NCBI RefSeq assembly: GCF_006345805.1
Contig: NC_042997.1
Span: 95,356,001-95,420,000 of the forward strand
Direction: 5' to 3'
Length of the DNA: 64,000 bases
Source of the DNA: Octopus sinensis
Lineage: Eukaryota
The translations under genes and the position numbers were made by a program. The number at the start of each line of letters is the position of its first letter. Positions within the stretch are counted from its first letter, which is position 1. Below the pieces are notes generated by a model that worked only from the letters and a program-made list of their open reading frames with translations, ran no database searches and had not been told where the DNA came from. This document shows positions 38,753-52,460 of this stretch, piece after piece.

Positions 38753-40619
38753 ATACGTGTGTATGTGTGCATGTGTGTCTGGGGGTGCTTGTTTGTGTGT
38801 GTATATATATATTCATATATGTATTCATATATTCTTTATTTGTGGCTAAAGAAGGCGACAATGGCTTTACACGTGCCACATAGAAGTGTTCGTACTCGTC
38901 CCCATTTTAGATTAATAGAGTCGAGATTCAACACTTCCATGTTGCACGCTTAAATAATTCTTTACATGAAACCACCAGTGATAACTCACAAATAAGGAAT
39001 ATTTATCCACCATCGCGGTGTTGAGCACTTATTCTCACCGTTAGTTATCAACGTACACATACACACGCACACACACACACATACACATCTCGAGACGTAT
39101 GTCTGAATATGTGCGTCTAATCTCATTTATCAAGGTGTGACGCAATTGTGTGTTTTATTTCAAGATATCCTATGTGAGTGGTAAGAATTTATTGAATTTT
39201 GGCATTCAAAGAAAAAAATATAGCATTCATTATGTATAGGTCAATTGTATATTTCCTATTCACAATGGCTCAATACACCGTCGTAACCTTATCTTTATTA
39301 TTCAATTTTTAGTTGTCCCATTCAATATATAATGAAATGCGGTAATGCTTTATTATTGCTACTTTCGTATTTATGAAGCATGATAAGACATACTTCCTTT
39401 ATATGAAAACAAAAGGAGAATAATAATTCCATGATATAGGAAATTCATTAGTTGATGAACCTTCATTTGGCTAACAATTCATGAAAACTGATCTCTCAAT
39501 AACAGTAAGATTACGTATGGCCATAATTCAATTGTCTTCATAAACTGATAAATACTTCGTCATCGTGATAAACTTTCTTAAGCAATGCACCGATAACAAT
39601 AGACTTCCACTACATATAATCAGAATTTACTTACAGTTTCTATGTTATCGGGAAAGCAGATAAACTTGTCATCCATCCATTTATTTAATTCCACTCTTGA
39701 CCGCTCGATCAATTATCAATAATTTATTTCCTTTTCTTTTCACTATTTCTCGCATTCTGCCTACAATCTACATCCATTGGAAACTTAATTAACCAAATAT
39801 ATTTATTCTTAAATGTAATTTTCCTATTCTGTATTTTCTGAATACGAAAATTCCTTCTGGTTCTTTCCACATTTTATATGAATTTATTTCCTGAAGTAAA
39901 ACAGGGAAGGGTTATATAATGGTGGAAGACAGATTCCTATTTTCATGCAACAGTTTCTTCATCATGGAAATGCATCAATATCGATTAAGAGTATCATTAT
40001 CTTGTCCTATCTAACTATTAAAGGTAACGTACATTAAATTTCACTTCTGATATTTTTACTATTTTGGGGGTAATGTCACATAAGGCTAAAATGTGCTTGG
40101 CAAGTACTGTCTCACATTTAAAAGTTATTGGCAGAATGATTTACACAAAGACCACAGATTAACAAAGCATATGACTTTTGATAAGAACCACACAAAAGAC
40201 GAAGTATTAACGTAAGAATAAAATGTTCCAAAGATTCGTAGCACATTCGGCTCAGTCTGGTATGGCATATATTTTGGTGCCAGCAATGGACAATGAGATA
40301 TGAAATCTTAAATGAATCGGGCTTTCAATTTAAATTTATTTCCCTTAAAATTTACTTATGAACTATAGTTTCCAGCATTGAACTGTTACACAACGATTTG
40401 AAACTAAAATGATCCAAGGTCGGATGTGAGGTTTGCTCTGTAAGACATGGAACAATACATTCAAAATCAGTTGTTGACAATATCATCCAATTCACTATGC
40501 GTGTGACTAATTATGATCGCTATATTGCTTATATTACAGAAATAAAATGTCGACAATATACTACTTCCCTATGCGACACGAAGGTGGCGCTAAAATAATT
40601 TACAACACCATCCGCAAGG

Positions 40620-41180
40620 AAAACTGTCCTGAAATAAACTTAGAAAATCCGTCTGTAATGGAATACATTCATAAAGAGCAACTCTAGGAATACTGGTGGA
40701 AATGTTTCCATTAAAACTTCTGTTAGATGTAAACATAACAGATAGGATATTGTTGTTTGGGACAGAGGGGCAAAGGTATGTACCATCACATAGGTCAGCA
40801 GTCATGCAGATATGAATATTTCTTTGAAAATCAAAGAAAAAGAGGATATCTATGGACAACGGCTTCGAAACCTCCAGCTTCTATATCCAAACTATGAATT
40901 CATATTCATACCAATAATAATTGGAGCAGTAGGTTTTGTTAGAAAATGCTTAAAGGAGAATCTGGATAAACTGGGATTTTCAGAAAGAGAAATCGATGGG
41001 CTAATTCTTACGTTACAAGTGTAATCTGTGAGTGGAACATTACAAAAATGCAAGACTTTTCTCAAGTTCCAAATGTAAATTTGTCTATGTTAACTACATC
41101 CCAAAGATGGAACCTTGTCTTTTTGTTGGAATCCGGCTCCCTCCTCCGTGGAGGATATATAATAATTAAATAAATAGAAG
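40620..41180 (+). mobile_element. R4/Dong-clade RLE LINE 3' fragment (restriction-like endonuclease domain)
   Basis: EYWW(N)VSIKTSVRCKHNR*DIVVWDRGAKVCTIT*VSSHADMNISLKIKEKEDIYGQ...FIPIIIGAVG, a decayed RPD..D..K..Y motif. Confidence 0.8.
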
Positions 41181-41199
41181 AGACACATATACATACATA

Positions 41200-41719
41200 C
41201 GTGGCTGTGTGTTAAGAATCTGGCTTCCCAACCACATGGTTCAGGATTCGGTCTCACTATGTGTCACCTTCGACACCTGCTATAGACTCAGATCGACCAA
41301 AACCTTGTGAGTGGATTTGGTAGACAGAAGCTGAAAGAAGCCAATCGTATATATATATATATATATATATCGAGAATTTACAAAAATCAAAAGACGGTGA
41401 CGGGTGTGTAAACAACAAACAGGTGTCTTAGTTTAACGCTCGGGATGTGAAAAATTCTTTTACGTTTCGAGCCTACGCTCTTCGACAGAAAGGAACACAG
41501 AAATAAACAGGGAGAGAAAACAGAAATTAGAAAATAGAAAACAGAAAAACGTTTAGTGGCTGGCGATCTATCATGGCGATGGATGTGTTTGTCAAACGAT
41601 GTTTGTGTGTGTTAGCGGTCCACAAAAGATATCGATAGAGTAAATACTAGGCTTACACATAATAATATCTGTCGTTGATTTGTTCGACTAAAGACGGTAC
41701 TCCAGCATGGCCGTGAAAT

Positions 41720-41720
<1 letters not shown>
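41200..41720 (+). mobile_element. tRNA-derived SINE split by an insertion in its central TA tract
   Basis: Head at 41200-41350 (gtggctgtgtg...gaaagaagccaatcgtata); tail at ~41590-41720 (ttcgactaaagacggtactccagcatggcc). Confidence 0.7.
41457..41492 (-). ncRNA. Hammerhead-ribozyme-like motif (variant core)
   Basis: Minus strand CTTT-CTGTCGAA-GAGC-GTAG-GCTC-GAAAC-GTA-AAAG; stems I and II pair, stem III is the palindrome ACGT; core has A6>U plus an extra A. Confidence 0.5.
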
Positions 41721-41759
<39 letters not shown>

Positions 41760-42245
41760 GTAAACAAGTAAAACACACACACACACATGTAATTGATGAA
41801 GGAAACAGAAGATGAATTTAGTATTATAATAAAGCGCTTTATTTTATACGACTACCGTTCTGACCCAGCCTGCTACTGTCCCGTTTACGGAGAATTCTAT
41901 GCATCAGGTTGCGGTGCAACCATTTTGCAGTATGGCCCACATCCGGTACAATCATTTATAAAGTGGTGTTACGCCAAAGATCTTGAGTTTGGGCGGTCCT
42001 CTTATTTACTCGCTCGAATTAGGGAATGAAGCATTGTTATAATCGTCATCATGCAACGCAAAATTGGGTATGAAATCCCATCCATAAGGGACAGCAGCAG
42101 GATGGGTCGAAATAACGTCGTACAAAATAAAAACTAATACCAAATCCATCTTCTCTTTCGTTCATCAATTATTATTATCCCAACAAACACTGCGAAATAG
42201 ATCTAAGACATTTCAATTTAAGAACGAATATAATATATATATATA

Positions 42246-42296
<51 letters not shown>

Positions 42297-42339
42297 CTGT
42301 ATGTATGTATATATATATATAGGACCCTCCTCCCTCATT

Positions 42340-42480
42340 AATGGCCATGGCATTAGTGACGCTGCAACTCATTTCTAGAGCTGAGTGAATTGGAGCAACG
42401 TGAATTAAAGTTCTTTGCACAAGAACACACCACACAGCCCAGTCGGGAATTGAACTCAGTACTTCAGTGAGCCATACGCC
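42340..42480 (-). mobile_element. tRNA-derived SINE head
   Basis: Minus strand gcgtatggctcactg...gagttcaattcccgac...gtgttcttgtgcaaag. Confidence 0.65.
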
Positions 42481-42562
42481 TTACATCAATCTAACTATCT
42501 ATATATATACATATATATGTATGTATATATACATATATATATATACATATATATATATGTAC

Positions 42563-42602
<40 letters not shown>

Positions 42603-42956
42603 ATATATATGGATACATTTGTGGTGTCAGTGTCTAAGTATTTGATTGTTACTTAAGACAGAATAACTGTTCAAGATTCCACTTCCAAATGCCTTGCATC
42701 AGTGAGATGTCTACTTAAATGTGGAGTATAAGTTACAAAATAGATTGTGGAAGAGAGTGAAAAACAAAATGTTAGAGAGAAGTAGAGAGTGAGAGGGAGA
42801 AATGACAAAGTCAAAAGAAGAAAAGCATACCTGTGTCAGTGGCACTTAGGTAATGTACGTTAGACGGATGCAGTATGCATAAGTGCATTTCAAAAACTCA
42901 GATAACTTAGAAAAATTTTGTGCTCAAACTATATATTTAGGTTTTAAAGGAACAGG

Positions 42957-43019
<63 letters not shown>

Positions 43020-43219
43020 TACACACATATGTGTGTGTGTGTATGTATAGGGAATATTTAATGTTTGAACCGTCGGATCTGGAAGTAGAAAAACTGCGAA
43101 TAGGATAGAGAAATTAATATATATATATATACAAGGATGAGTGGATTAATATGTATCCATTGTAATCCTCTGTGTATTAGATGTTATTCATTTACAAATA
43201 TATATATTTGAAATATTCT

Positions 43220-43225
43220 GTATGC

Positions 43226-43270
<45 letters not shown>

Positions 43271-43278
43271 ATATATAT

Positions 43279-43310
<32 letters not shown>

Positions 43311-43399
43311 GTGTGTGTGTGTGTGTGTGCATATATATGTATATCAATACATGTATATGTACATATATATCTATATGTATACACACACGCGCACGCACG

Positions 43400-43480
<81 letters not shown>

Positions 43481-43566
43481 TGTGTGTGTGTGTGTGCATA
43501 TATATGTATATCAATACATGTATATGTACATATATATCTATATGTATACACACACGCGCACGCACG

Positions 43567-43642
<76 letters not shown>

Positions 43643-43665
43643 GTGTGTGTGTGTGTGTACAGACA
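43220..43665. repeat. Compound TA/TG/CA microsatellite containing a duplicated ~167-bp unit
   Basis: gcatatatatgtatatcaatacatg...cgcgcacgcacgc occurs at 43329 and 43496. Confidence 0.9.
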
Positions 43666-45814
43666 GACAGTCACAGACACTGAAATGCAAAGTTGTTTAC
43701 AAGGATTGTGATTACTCTGTTTTCAATTCCCTGCTGAATATTTATTGATTTTCCTACGAAAATAAATTATAACAATATCATATTTGTTGTTTTTCTCCCT
43801 CATCGAAGCCTATTATTCCTGCGTTTTCGAAACGTTTTGGGGATTTCACTTGTTATGAGATCTTATAGAATATTCTTAATAGCGAGACTGTAATGTCAGA
43901 AAATTATTCTTCTTGATATTTGGAACGTTGAGGTCTGTTGAGCATGATATTGATATTTGTAGTATTAGATACGAGTCGTTTCAGAAATGAAACGATATTT
44001 CAAGCGGCTATACTTACAATTGTATAAAAAAAATTTCAGGTATTTATCCTTATTATAATATTAGTATCGATTACAGAACATTGATGCGTTGAGAGGAGGT
44101 TACGCTGCTGCCTAGAAATAGTAACAAATTTAAAAGCATGTTTGTATTACTTATACTGTTATTCGATTTTAATTACATGAATACCCTTTTGTATTGTCAC
44201 TACCTTGTACATCTTGCTAATGTTAAAATGAGGCATTTGTCTTGAAAAATATACAAAATCATTTTAAACAACCTTCAATATATATTTAGTACGAGATATA
44301 GTTTTAATATGATAGCATTTATATATAAATTCTTTAGTCAAATACGTATCCTAGTTGCTTGAGAATAACGAAGTGTTGATGCTGTATCAATGATGATGTA
44401 CATTGGTCATGTTGTAGCATGAAACATTACACACAAATATTTACTGAATATGAAATGAAGAATTTTTACGACGGCAAATTCTTTGTGCATGATAGGGGCG
44501 CAATATTAACATTCCGCATTTCTTTGTGATGCAGTTCTCAAGTGACATTCAGAGGGATATCCGAAATACTATAATATTAGTATAATATTTTCACATAGAT
44601 ATTATATCAGCATTTTAATATTAGATATTTACATTGATTTAAACATGACAAAATCAACATCTTTCGATACATTTTACTCGGATTCACGAGACAGGAATTA
44701 ATTTAGGCTAGAAATCCCTATCAGAAATAAAATATTAGGTCAAGTTAAAGTGGCAAACCATAAGTTTTACATTTGGGCTGGCGGGGGAATGGGCTGTCAC
44801 CCTGCCGATCACTCTCCCTGAAATCATTGGTAGAAAATTACTCTGTATGTCAGACCAACATTTTCTATCATACTTCTGCACAACAAGCAATTCCTTTACC
44901 CATTTATCAGTGTGCAAAATACTGAATATCAGGGATGTGCATACTCGGGAAAATGAGAGGAACTATATCTCCTATTCAAACACAAATTTGAATGACCGTT
45001 TTACCTTCTTGTCTTTTAATCCTTCGTCATACTATTGTTATAATTCATGTCATCTTACAACCCTAATTTTCTTTCTATTCCACTTTCCTCCGCTTCTCGC
45101 CTATTTTTCACTTCTGTCGCCTTCTTCCCCTGTCACATAGTTTCCTTTACTACCAATTCCTTTTTATGTATGCAAGTAAAAGCTGGCTTGCGTCGCCATC
45201 AGTTCTTCAAACATAGAGGATGAAAACCTTTGCTCTCTTTCTCCCCAGCAGCCCTGCATTCAATTTCACCTTGAACAACTCTCTTTGAAATGTTGTATTG
45301 TCCACTTCTTTCAGTGATTACAATGTACACTTTCTGTTGCTTTTCCAAATAATATGTTTTCAACATATAATATAAACTAGTAAGGGCTGTGCCTATACGG
45401 ATAGAATTAGGTAATGATTCCTTAAATATTTATAAGTGAATAATGTATCACACGAAGAAACGTGTAAACTTATAATGGCATTTTCTTTTGTTTGTCAACG
45501 AAATTGTGTTTGAGTAGCCGTATAATGGCCTTTTGTTTTCTTTCACTGCGAAATTGGATTTTCGTACAAATTTGCACAAAATCCGTGTAGAGTAATACAA
45601 TACATAGCGGCAATATGATTCCTAGGATGTATTCTCTTTTAATCTATATTTATTAGCTTTTTGAAATATAAGCATTTATAAAACGTAATAATTAATTAGC
45701 TGAATTTTGGGGAGAACATACATTTATATTTAAGTACTAATTAAAATTAGTACTTAAATATAAATGTATGTTCTCGTGGTGAAAATCTGTTTTCGTCAAG
45801 AAGAGCTTATTCTT

Positions 45815-46390
45815 TTCTACTCTAGGCACAAGGCTCTAAATTTTGGGGGAGGGCGTCAGTTGATTAGATCGAATCCAGTATGAAACTGGTGCTTTATTTA
45901 TCGACCCCGAGAGGATGAAATGCAAAGTCAACCTCGGCGAAATTTGCTCTCAGAATGTAGAGACAGAAGAAATACATATTTCTTTACTACACACAAGGGG
46001 CTAAACACAGAGAGGACAAACAAGGACAGACAAATGGATTAAGTCGATTATATCGACCCCAGTGTGTAACTGGTACTTATTTAATCGACTGCGAAAGGAT
46101 GAAAGGCAAAGTCGACCTCGGCGGAATTTGAACTCAGGACGTAGCGGCAGACGAAATACATATTTCTTTACTACCCGCAAGGGGCTAAACACAGAGAGGA
46201 CAAACAAGGACAGACAAACGGATTAAGTCGATTATATCGACCCCAGTGTGTAACTGGTACTTATTTAATCGATCCCGAAATAATGAAAGGCAAAGTCGGC
46301 TCGGCGGAATTTGAACTCAGAACGTAGCGGCATACGAAATCCCGCTAAGTAATTTGCCTGGTGAGCTAACGTTTCTGCCAGCCCGCCGCC
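45815..46390 (-). mobile_element. SINE cluster with tandem 184-bp units
   Basis: atatttctttactac...ggggctaaacacagagaggac occurs at 45976 and 46160; tRNA-like head near 46320-46390. Confidence 0.85.
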
Positions 46391-48139
46391 CTCCAAGAAG
46401 ATCTTATTGCACAAACAATTTCGAAGTGGAATTCAATGTGAGCTTTCCCTACTTTTACATGGAAATAGAAAATTCCACTTCAAAATGTATGAAACAAATA
46501 CAGGGAAATACAGGGAAACAAATGCTAAGTTTTCTTTTTTACATATATTCGAAACTGTGTAGTAGAATTTTTACCTCTGCAGGATTAAGTACAAATTATT
46601 TACTGAGAACCTCTGAACTATATTTTTGTTTAGATTTATTATTCGCTGAAAACATCGAAATGGAAACCCTATTTTATATAATCTAAAATATTACTGGATT
46701 TACTCCACTGATCTCATAAAGACAACTGCAGTTCGAATCAGCGAAACATAAACATCATTCTGAATAGAACATTAGCAGTCGAAGGCAGGTAATATCAATA
46801 TTGATAACATTTAAATATCTTACATTGGACTTATTTCTAATTCAAGGCATAAGCTTTAGCTTCTTTCTCCTTGTAAAATAACACGAAAAGATTGTTTAAA
46901 TTTTCTAAATTCTATATCGTATAACAACGTAGTTTTCCCTGAGTTGAAAGTCACACTCACCTACCAACATTAATACACACACACACAGCGATGAAAAAGA
47001 GCTCTCGGAATTAATCAGCTTTTCAGAGAAGCGTATAAATTTTAGAGGATGTGGTCATCAATGTTTACCGCTGATTAACTATATTTTAGACTATACATTT
47101 TTAAAAATGGGTGGCACTTTTTTCTTATATACTTCAAGGGACCCCTGGATTTAAATTAGTAGGATATTCGAAAACATTGTTCGTGAATATCACTATGATA
47201 ATCGACGTACATCAATTACCATTAATTCAGGGTAATCGTATTATTTTCCACAAATTGGATATTAGATAAATCGAATTTTATTTGTCACCAGGTTTTATTC
47301 AGTTATAAGTCAATACAATAGCAACCAGTAGAATTTAATATAAAATGAGAGTGAAACTGAGCATCGCAAGTGGAATTCGCATTATTACCTTTTTCTAAAA
47401 CTTACGCACGTCCAGCGCAGAGACTCATCTAGGCGGTTCGTTGAATATGAAATTACATTACCAATGAATTATATTTTCTAACATTACTTATAATATACTC
47501 TTATTTAGAAAATAATTCGCGGGTGATTTCAATTGTTCTACTGCTTTAACAATAAACACCCAGTATATACTCTTCTTATAATGTGTGAAAATATTATTTC
47601 TCGTGCATGACCAAGGCGTCTAAATGCTGCGGCTAAAGTACTAATACAAAATATCCACTGATACAGTTTTAAAATAAGTTTTTATTAGCCATTCGGTACC
47701 GCCTTTCGTAAAATATTTAAGTACAACCGCGGAATTTTAATTAAATTATTGGTACTACTTATAAAATATAAAGTCTCGTTTATATTTTGTAGACGCCTGC
47801 ACTATTCTATCCATTGGAATATCTGATATTCACCGTGATAAGTGTTATGGATTTAAACAATAATCTTTTTATCAATCGATAAGTGTTCATATAAAAAAAT
47901 GTTTTCTTACAGGGACAGCTAACTCCCAGCTGTCAAAAAAAAAAAATGAGAAAGAAATATTTTGCAAATATTGTTTTGCTTCACTAGAAACATCTAATAT
48001 TTATTTAGCTTCACTACATTAGCAAGAAGTGTCCCAATTTTTGTATTTGTATTTTCTTTTCAGTAACATACAATTAGCATCTGATATGTGCTCTGAAGGA
48101 TAGATTTAAACTCTCATATCCATTTTGCTATTTGATACT

Positions 48140-48520
48140 GTTAAGGCGGCTAGCTGTCGGAGTCATTCGTAGGCCGGGTGAAATGCTTAGCGGCATTTCG
48201 TCCGTCGTCATGTTCTGAGTTAAAAGGCCACCAAGGTCCACTTTGCTTTTCATTCTTTCGGAGCCGTTATAATAAGTACCAGTTGAATATTGAGGTTGAT
48301 GTAATTGACTTACTCACTGACGCGGAAGTGCTTACATCGTGCCAAAATATGAATCAATACCTGCAAGGCGATGAGTTTGTAGAAATGCTAAGCGAGTCTG
48401 GCAAAATGCTGAGCGACATTTCGTCCCTCCTCTTGTCCTGAGATCAAATTCAGCCGATGTTCACATTGCGTTTCGTCCTCTAGGGTCGGTAAAGCAGTAC
48501 AAGATAAACACTTGAAAATT
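48140..48520 (+). mobile_element. Two adjacent degenerate SINEs
   Basis: ggcggctagctgtcggagtc...gaaatgcttagcggcatttcgtcc at 48145 and ggcgatgagttt...aaatgctgagcgacatttcgtcc at 48367. Confidence 0.7.
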
Positions 48521-49436
48521 GGCTTTCAAGATGTCTTATTTGTTTGCAGTTAACTTGAGATACGCAAAATGGTTTGCCTGCAAGAATGTATATGTATTTG
48601 TTTGATATAATGCTATAACAGTATTATACGGAGACGTTATCACACAAGCGGTGTTGGTCTCCTCAGTCGGACGTTTATGTTTCAAGTTTTTTAGTTCTTG
48701 GGACAATTTCTGCGTACGTGTTTTGTTTTAATAAAGATTAAGTGAAATAATTTATTAAAATTGATCTTCAGAATGAAAGGTTCGACTTCTTTTAGAAATA
48801 ATACAAACGTAATGAATACATTGTAATGTGAAAGTGATGATATGATTTTGAGTTCAAAATTTGGTAGGTACATTTTGCAAAAGACAATCAAAATGTTATT
48901 TTTAAAAAAGTGTAGTTTTAATATATTATTAGAATATAATTTTTGAACCAGAAATGTGAGAATTTTTCGGGAAAGCTATAATACAGTGACAATGCTAAAT
49001 TTGTAACAAAAATCAGAGAGGAGTATCTTAGTGGGCATCAATTCTTTGCCAATTATGAGAAAATATCCAATCACATAAAAGGGAAAAAGTAAATGTTGGC
49101 TTTGTAAATAATTATACGTAAGAAACATTTAAACATCAAATCTCTAAAGATGGAGTTTTTTTGCCATATGTGTTGTTGATGCATGTTATAAAGAATTGTA
49201 TCGCAGATAAGATAATTTTTTTTTTTTTTGTAAACTAAATGCATTTATCTGCTCCGCGACTAAAAGATGATGTTAGCAGGAGAGTTAGAATTCAATATCA
49301 TATTCATTCATATTACTCTTCTTCTGTCCAATTAGTAATAATAGTTTCATATATCACCATGTTCGGCCTTTAGTTAATTTATATGTTATTTTTGCAATTC
49401 AATAATCGTAAAGTTCTATTTTTTCTCTCTTCAGAT

Positions 49437-49910
49437 ATGAAACCAGAAAGAATTCGATTTAACCTATTCTTCATCCTTTCTATTTTATTGTGTTGTGCAG
49501 CGATGACAACACCGGAAAATGAAACATTAGTTAAGAACAATTCAATAACCGGTCAAATACTTGTATCCTGTGCAATAATAATTCTTTGCTTACCGTTTAT
49601 TGGCATGATCTGTTACCTAATAAATATAAGGTGCCGATTTGTGATATTCGATATATTTTTTCCGATTAAAAAAGATATTGTTTGCTTAAGAATTGATGAA
49701 ATTTCACCTGATCCTAGTTTATATCATATTGAACCTCGACCACGTAGTAACACAAATAATTCCCAAAAGTTGTATTACGAACTGTTGAATGCAGATTCAC
49801 AATACTGTAATTCACCTACAAGTACTGATCAGTCGACAATTTCGAATATTTCAAATGGTGTTTTAAGTGAAAATTCTCAAGAATTATCAGACCAAGCTCT
49901 TTTGCACTAG
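49437..49910 (+). CDS. Putative 157-aa single-pass membrane protein (signal peptide, short ectodomain, TM helix, Tyr-motif cytoplasmic tail)
   Basis: Strong acceptor ttttttctctcttcag| at 49434, ATG two bases later; 474-nt non-repetitive ORF in AT-rich DNA; hydrophobic segments FNLFFILSILLCCAA and ILVSCAIIILCLPFIGMICYLI; AATAAA at 50178. Confidence 0.65.
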   Translation: MKPERIRFNLFFILSILLCCAAMTTPENETLVKNNSITGQILVSCAIIILCLPFIGMICYLINIRCRFVIFDIFFPIKKDIVCLRIDEISPDPSLYHIEPRPRSNTNNSQKLYYELLNADSQYCNSPTSTDQSTISNISNGVLSENSQELSDQALLH

Positions 49911-51944
49911 CTGTATAAGCAGCCCTTAAAGCACATTTTCTCTACATTAGAAGGCTTCTAATAATATAGTTTCTTTACACTATTCTTTTTGAATAATACC
50001 TATTTCAAAAAATGTCCGTTAACGTGTGTTGATCACGAAAAAAAAACACCGCCTTTGTTTCAAAGTTACACCCTTCTCCATTGTAGTTATTCAGTCTTAA
50101 TTATGCATCTTATATTCGAGAATGCAAATGACACCTTGAAGATATATCTATTAGGGATGTTGTAAATTATCGCATGCAATAAAGACAGCCACCAAAATTG
50201 ATCCCAGTATATGATGACATGATCATATGCAAGAAAATCGCATCGTCTGTATCAAAGATATATATTATATATCTAAAGCAGTGTAGACTAAGAAACACAT
50301 AGCTTGTGTTCAAGATCCAGTTGATTTATAGACTTAATGTATACTGTTTGTCATCTACTGAAAGAATTTCCAATACCCGTTTCAATAAGGCGAAAGCCAC
50401 ATGAATTCGTAGGTAAAGCTAAAGCACAGGAAACCTTAAGACGTTTGAGCTGGTTTAATAAATTCGTATCCCTATACAGCCAAGTGGGCTCATTTTTCCT
50501 AAGAACTTGTGCGTATAAGCATAAATATTTTTCTCATATCCATTTCTGTAAGATGTCTATAAATGTCATGTTGTTAAGTAACATTAATTTCTGCATGTTT
50601 TTTGACTGGAAACAATAGTGAAAAAGACAATGTGCCTTGTTACACATGCTGTTAATTTATTACATGTCATAAAAGAAAATTATCTAAACGATATGGTCTT
50701 GAACCTAATAATCCTGTTTTCAAAACTTCGGAATTCGTTAAAGCTTCACTTAAATTGCATTTATTGAAAATACATTTTGTAAAACCAGGAAAACTTGTCA
50801 TAAAGCGAGCTGTCGTTAACGAAATTCTGAATTCATTTAAAACGCTGGTATTTGAATAATAAGTTACTTTTGATTATTAAGTGCATGGTGGAAATATTTT
50901 ATGCTTGTTTTTCTTTACCACCAGCTGTCAAACATGGTTGAGTATGGTCTTGTTTGTTACAAACATTGACTATGTACTTATCAACATAAATTCTAACGCT
51001 AAGAAGCTTCAAATCAAAATTAAAATACAGAATTGTTTCAGGGCTTCATGTTATTTAAATTTTGTTTTTCACCTACAGGAGAAATTAATCAACGAAAATG
51101 TGCACGTAATTTTCCTTTAGAGATTCTTACAATGTTTATTCTACATTCTTTTGATGACCGATATTGTTTTTTCATAAAAAAAGTCGCTTTCACAATTTCT
51201 ATGAGATGCTTACTAAAGTGTGATAACGGCAGGTTTTAATTTATAACTCCAGTGTTTCAATATTGAAATCAAGAATTGATCCAGTGTAGCCATCTGAATA
51301 TAATAACAGATGTACACATTTTGTACAAATGCATGAAATGAAGTTATTGTTCACATACGTACATATACGCACGCACATATGCCCCTAACTACGCCCTTGT
51401 GTATGTGCACCCTAGTATATTTAGTTTAGTTAGTAAAAATAGAGGTTAATTGCTTCAATTCATAAATATATTCAATATATAAATACATTCAATTGCATTT
51501 TTCATTCGCTGCTTTGGTTAGTCAGTGCTCTGCCACAGTAGAATATCTAAAATTTGGTTGAATCACTTGTCATATTTTTCTTACAAATCTCTTATATTTA
51601 TAGTTTTTGGGAAGGCTAAATATCAAAAATATCGCTCTTTACTAAACTGAAATGGAGGAAGCAAATGTTCGGCTTATATACACTTCAATAAAGATAACGT
51701 GCGGAAGTCCTTCCGACATTTATACACATAAATTGTTTATCTCACCAATTTCGATTTAGGCAGTAATGATAAAACTTTGAAACGCCGCTCATAGTTCAGC
51801 TTCTTCATAGACGAACAATGGATTCTTTCAAGTCCAGTAGAAAAGAAAACAGAGGGCTATAAACCTTAAGAATAATCCAAATGATTAAATCGAATTTATT
51901 ACACAGAAGTATCAATTCTTAGTTTCAAAATGTTTCAATGTTTA

Positions 51945-52460
51945 CACTGCCAAAGCAGCGAGCTAGCAGAATCTTTAGCACGCCGGGTGAAATACTTAGC
52001 TGTATTTCGTTGGTCTTCAGAGTCTTAGACTAAATTCCGTTGAGGTCGACTTTAATCATTTCGCGGTCTATAAAATAAGTGTAAATTGAGCAATGGAGCA
52101 GATGCAATCGACTAACCCCTCCTCCAAATTTGCTGGCTTGGTGGCAAAATTTGAAATCAATATTTACACCACAAATATTAAAATGGTTTGCCATTTCAAC
52201 GTATTAGATAAAACGTTGCAATATTTCCCATTCCCCGATTCCTGTACAAGATGGCCCACAGTCTGCCATGGAATGTTTTCCAATATTGGTTTCAAATTTT
52301 GGTACAATGCCAACAATTTTGATGGTGGGGTATTTCGATTACATCGACGCCAGACCTAAACTGGTAGCTATTTCATCGACCCCGAAAGGATGAGAGGCAA
52401 ATTCGACCCAACAGATTTGAACCCAAAACGTAGAGACGTAGCATTTTTCCGGCATACTAA
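51945..52460. mobile_element. Two degenerate SINEs in opposite orientation
   Basis: gcagcgagctagcagaatc...gaggtcgac (+, 51955) and atcgaccccgaaaggatgagaggcaaattcgacc (-, 52375). Confidence 0.7.

Noticed and set aside
42070-42122. Hairpin cccatcc...ggatggg followed by tcGAAA
   Set aside because: No CUGANGA core and no stem I or III
45976-46343. Regular repeats as a CRISPR array
   Set aside because: Eukaryotic context, no unique spacers, and the units are SINE sequence
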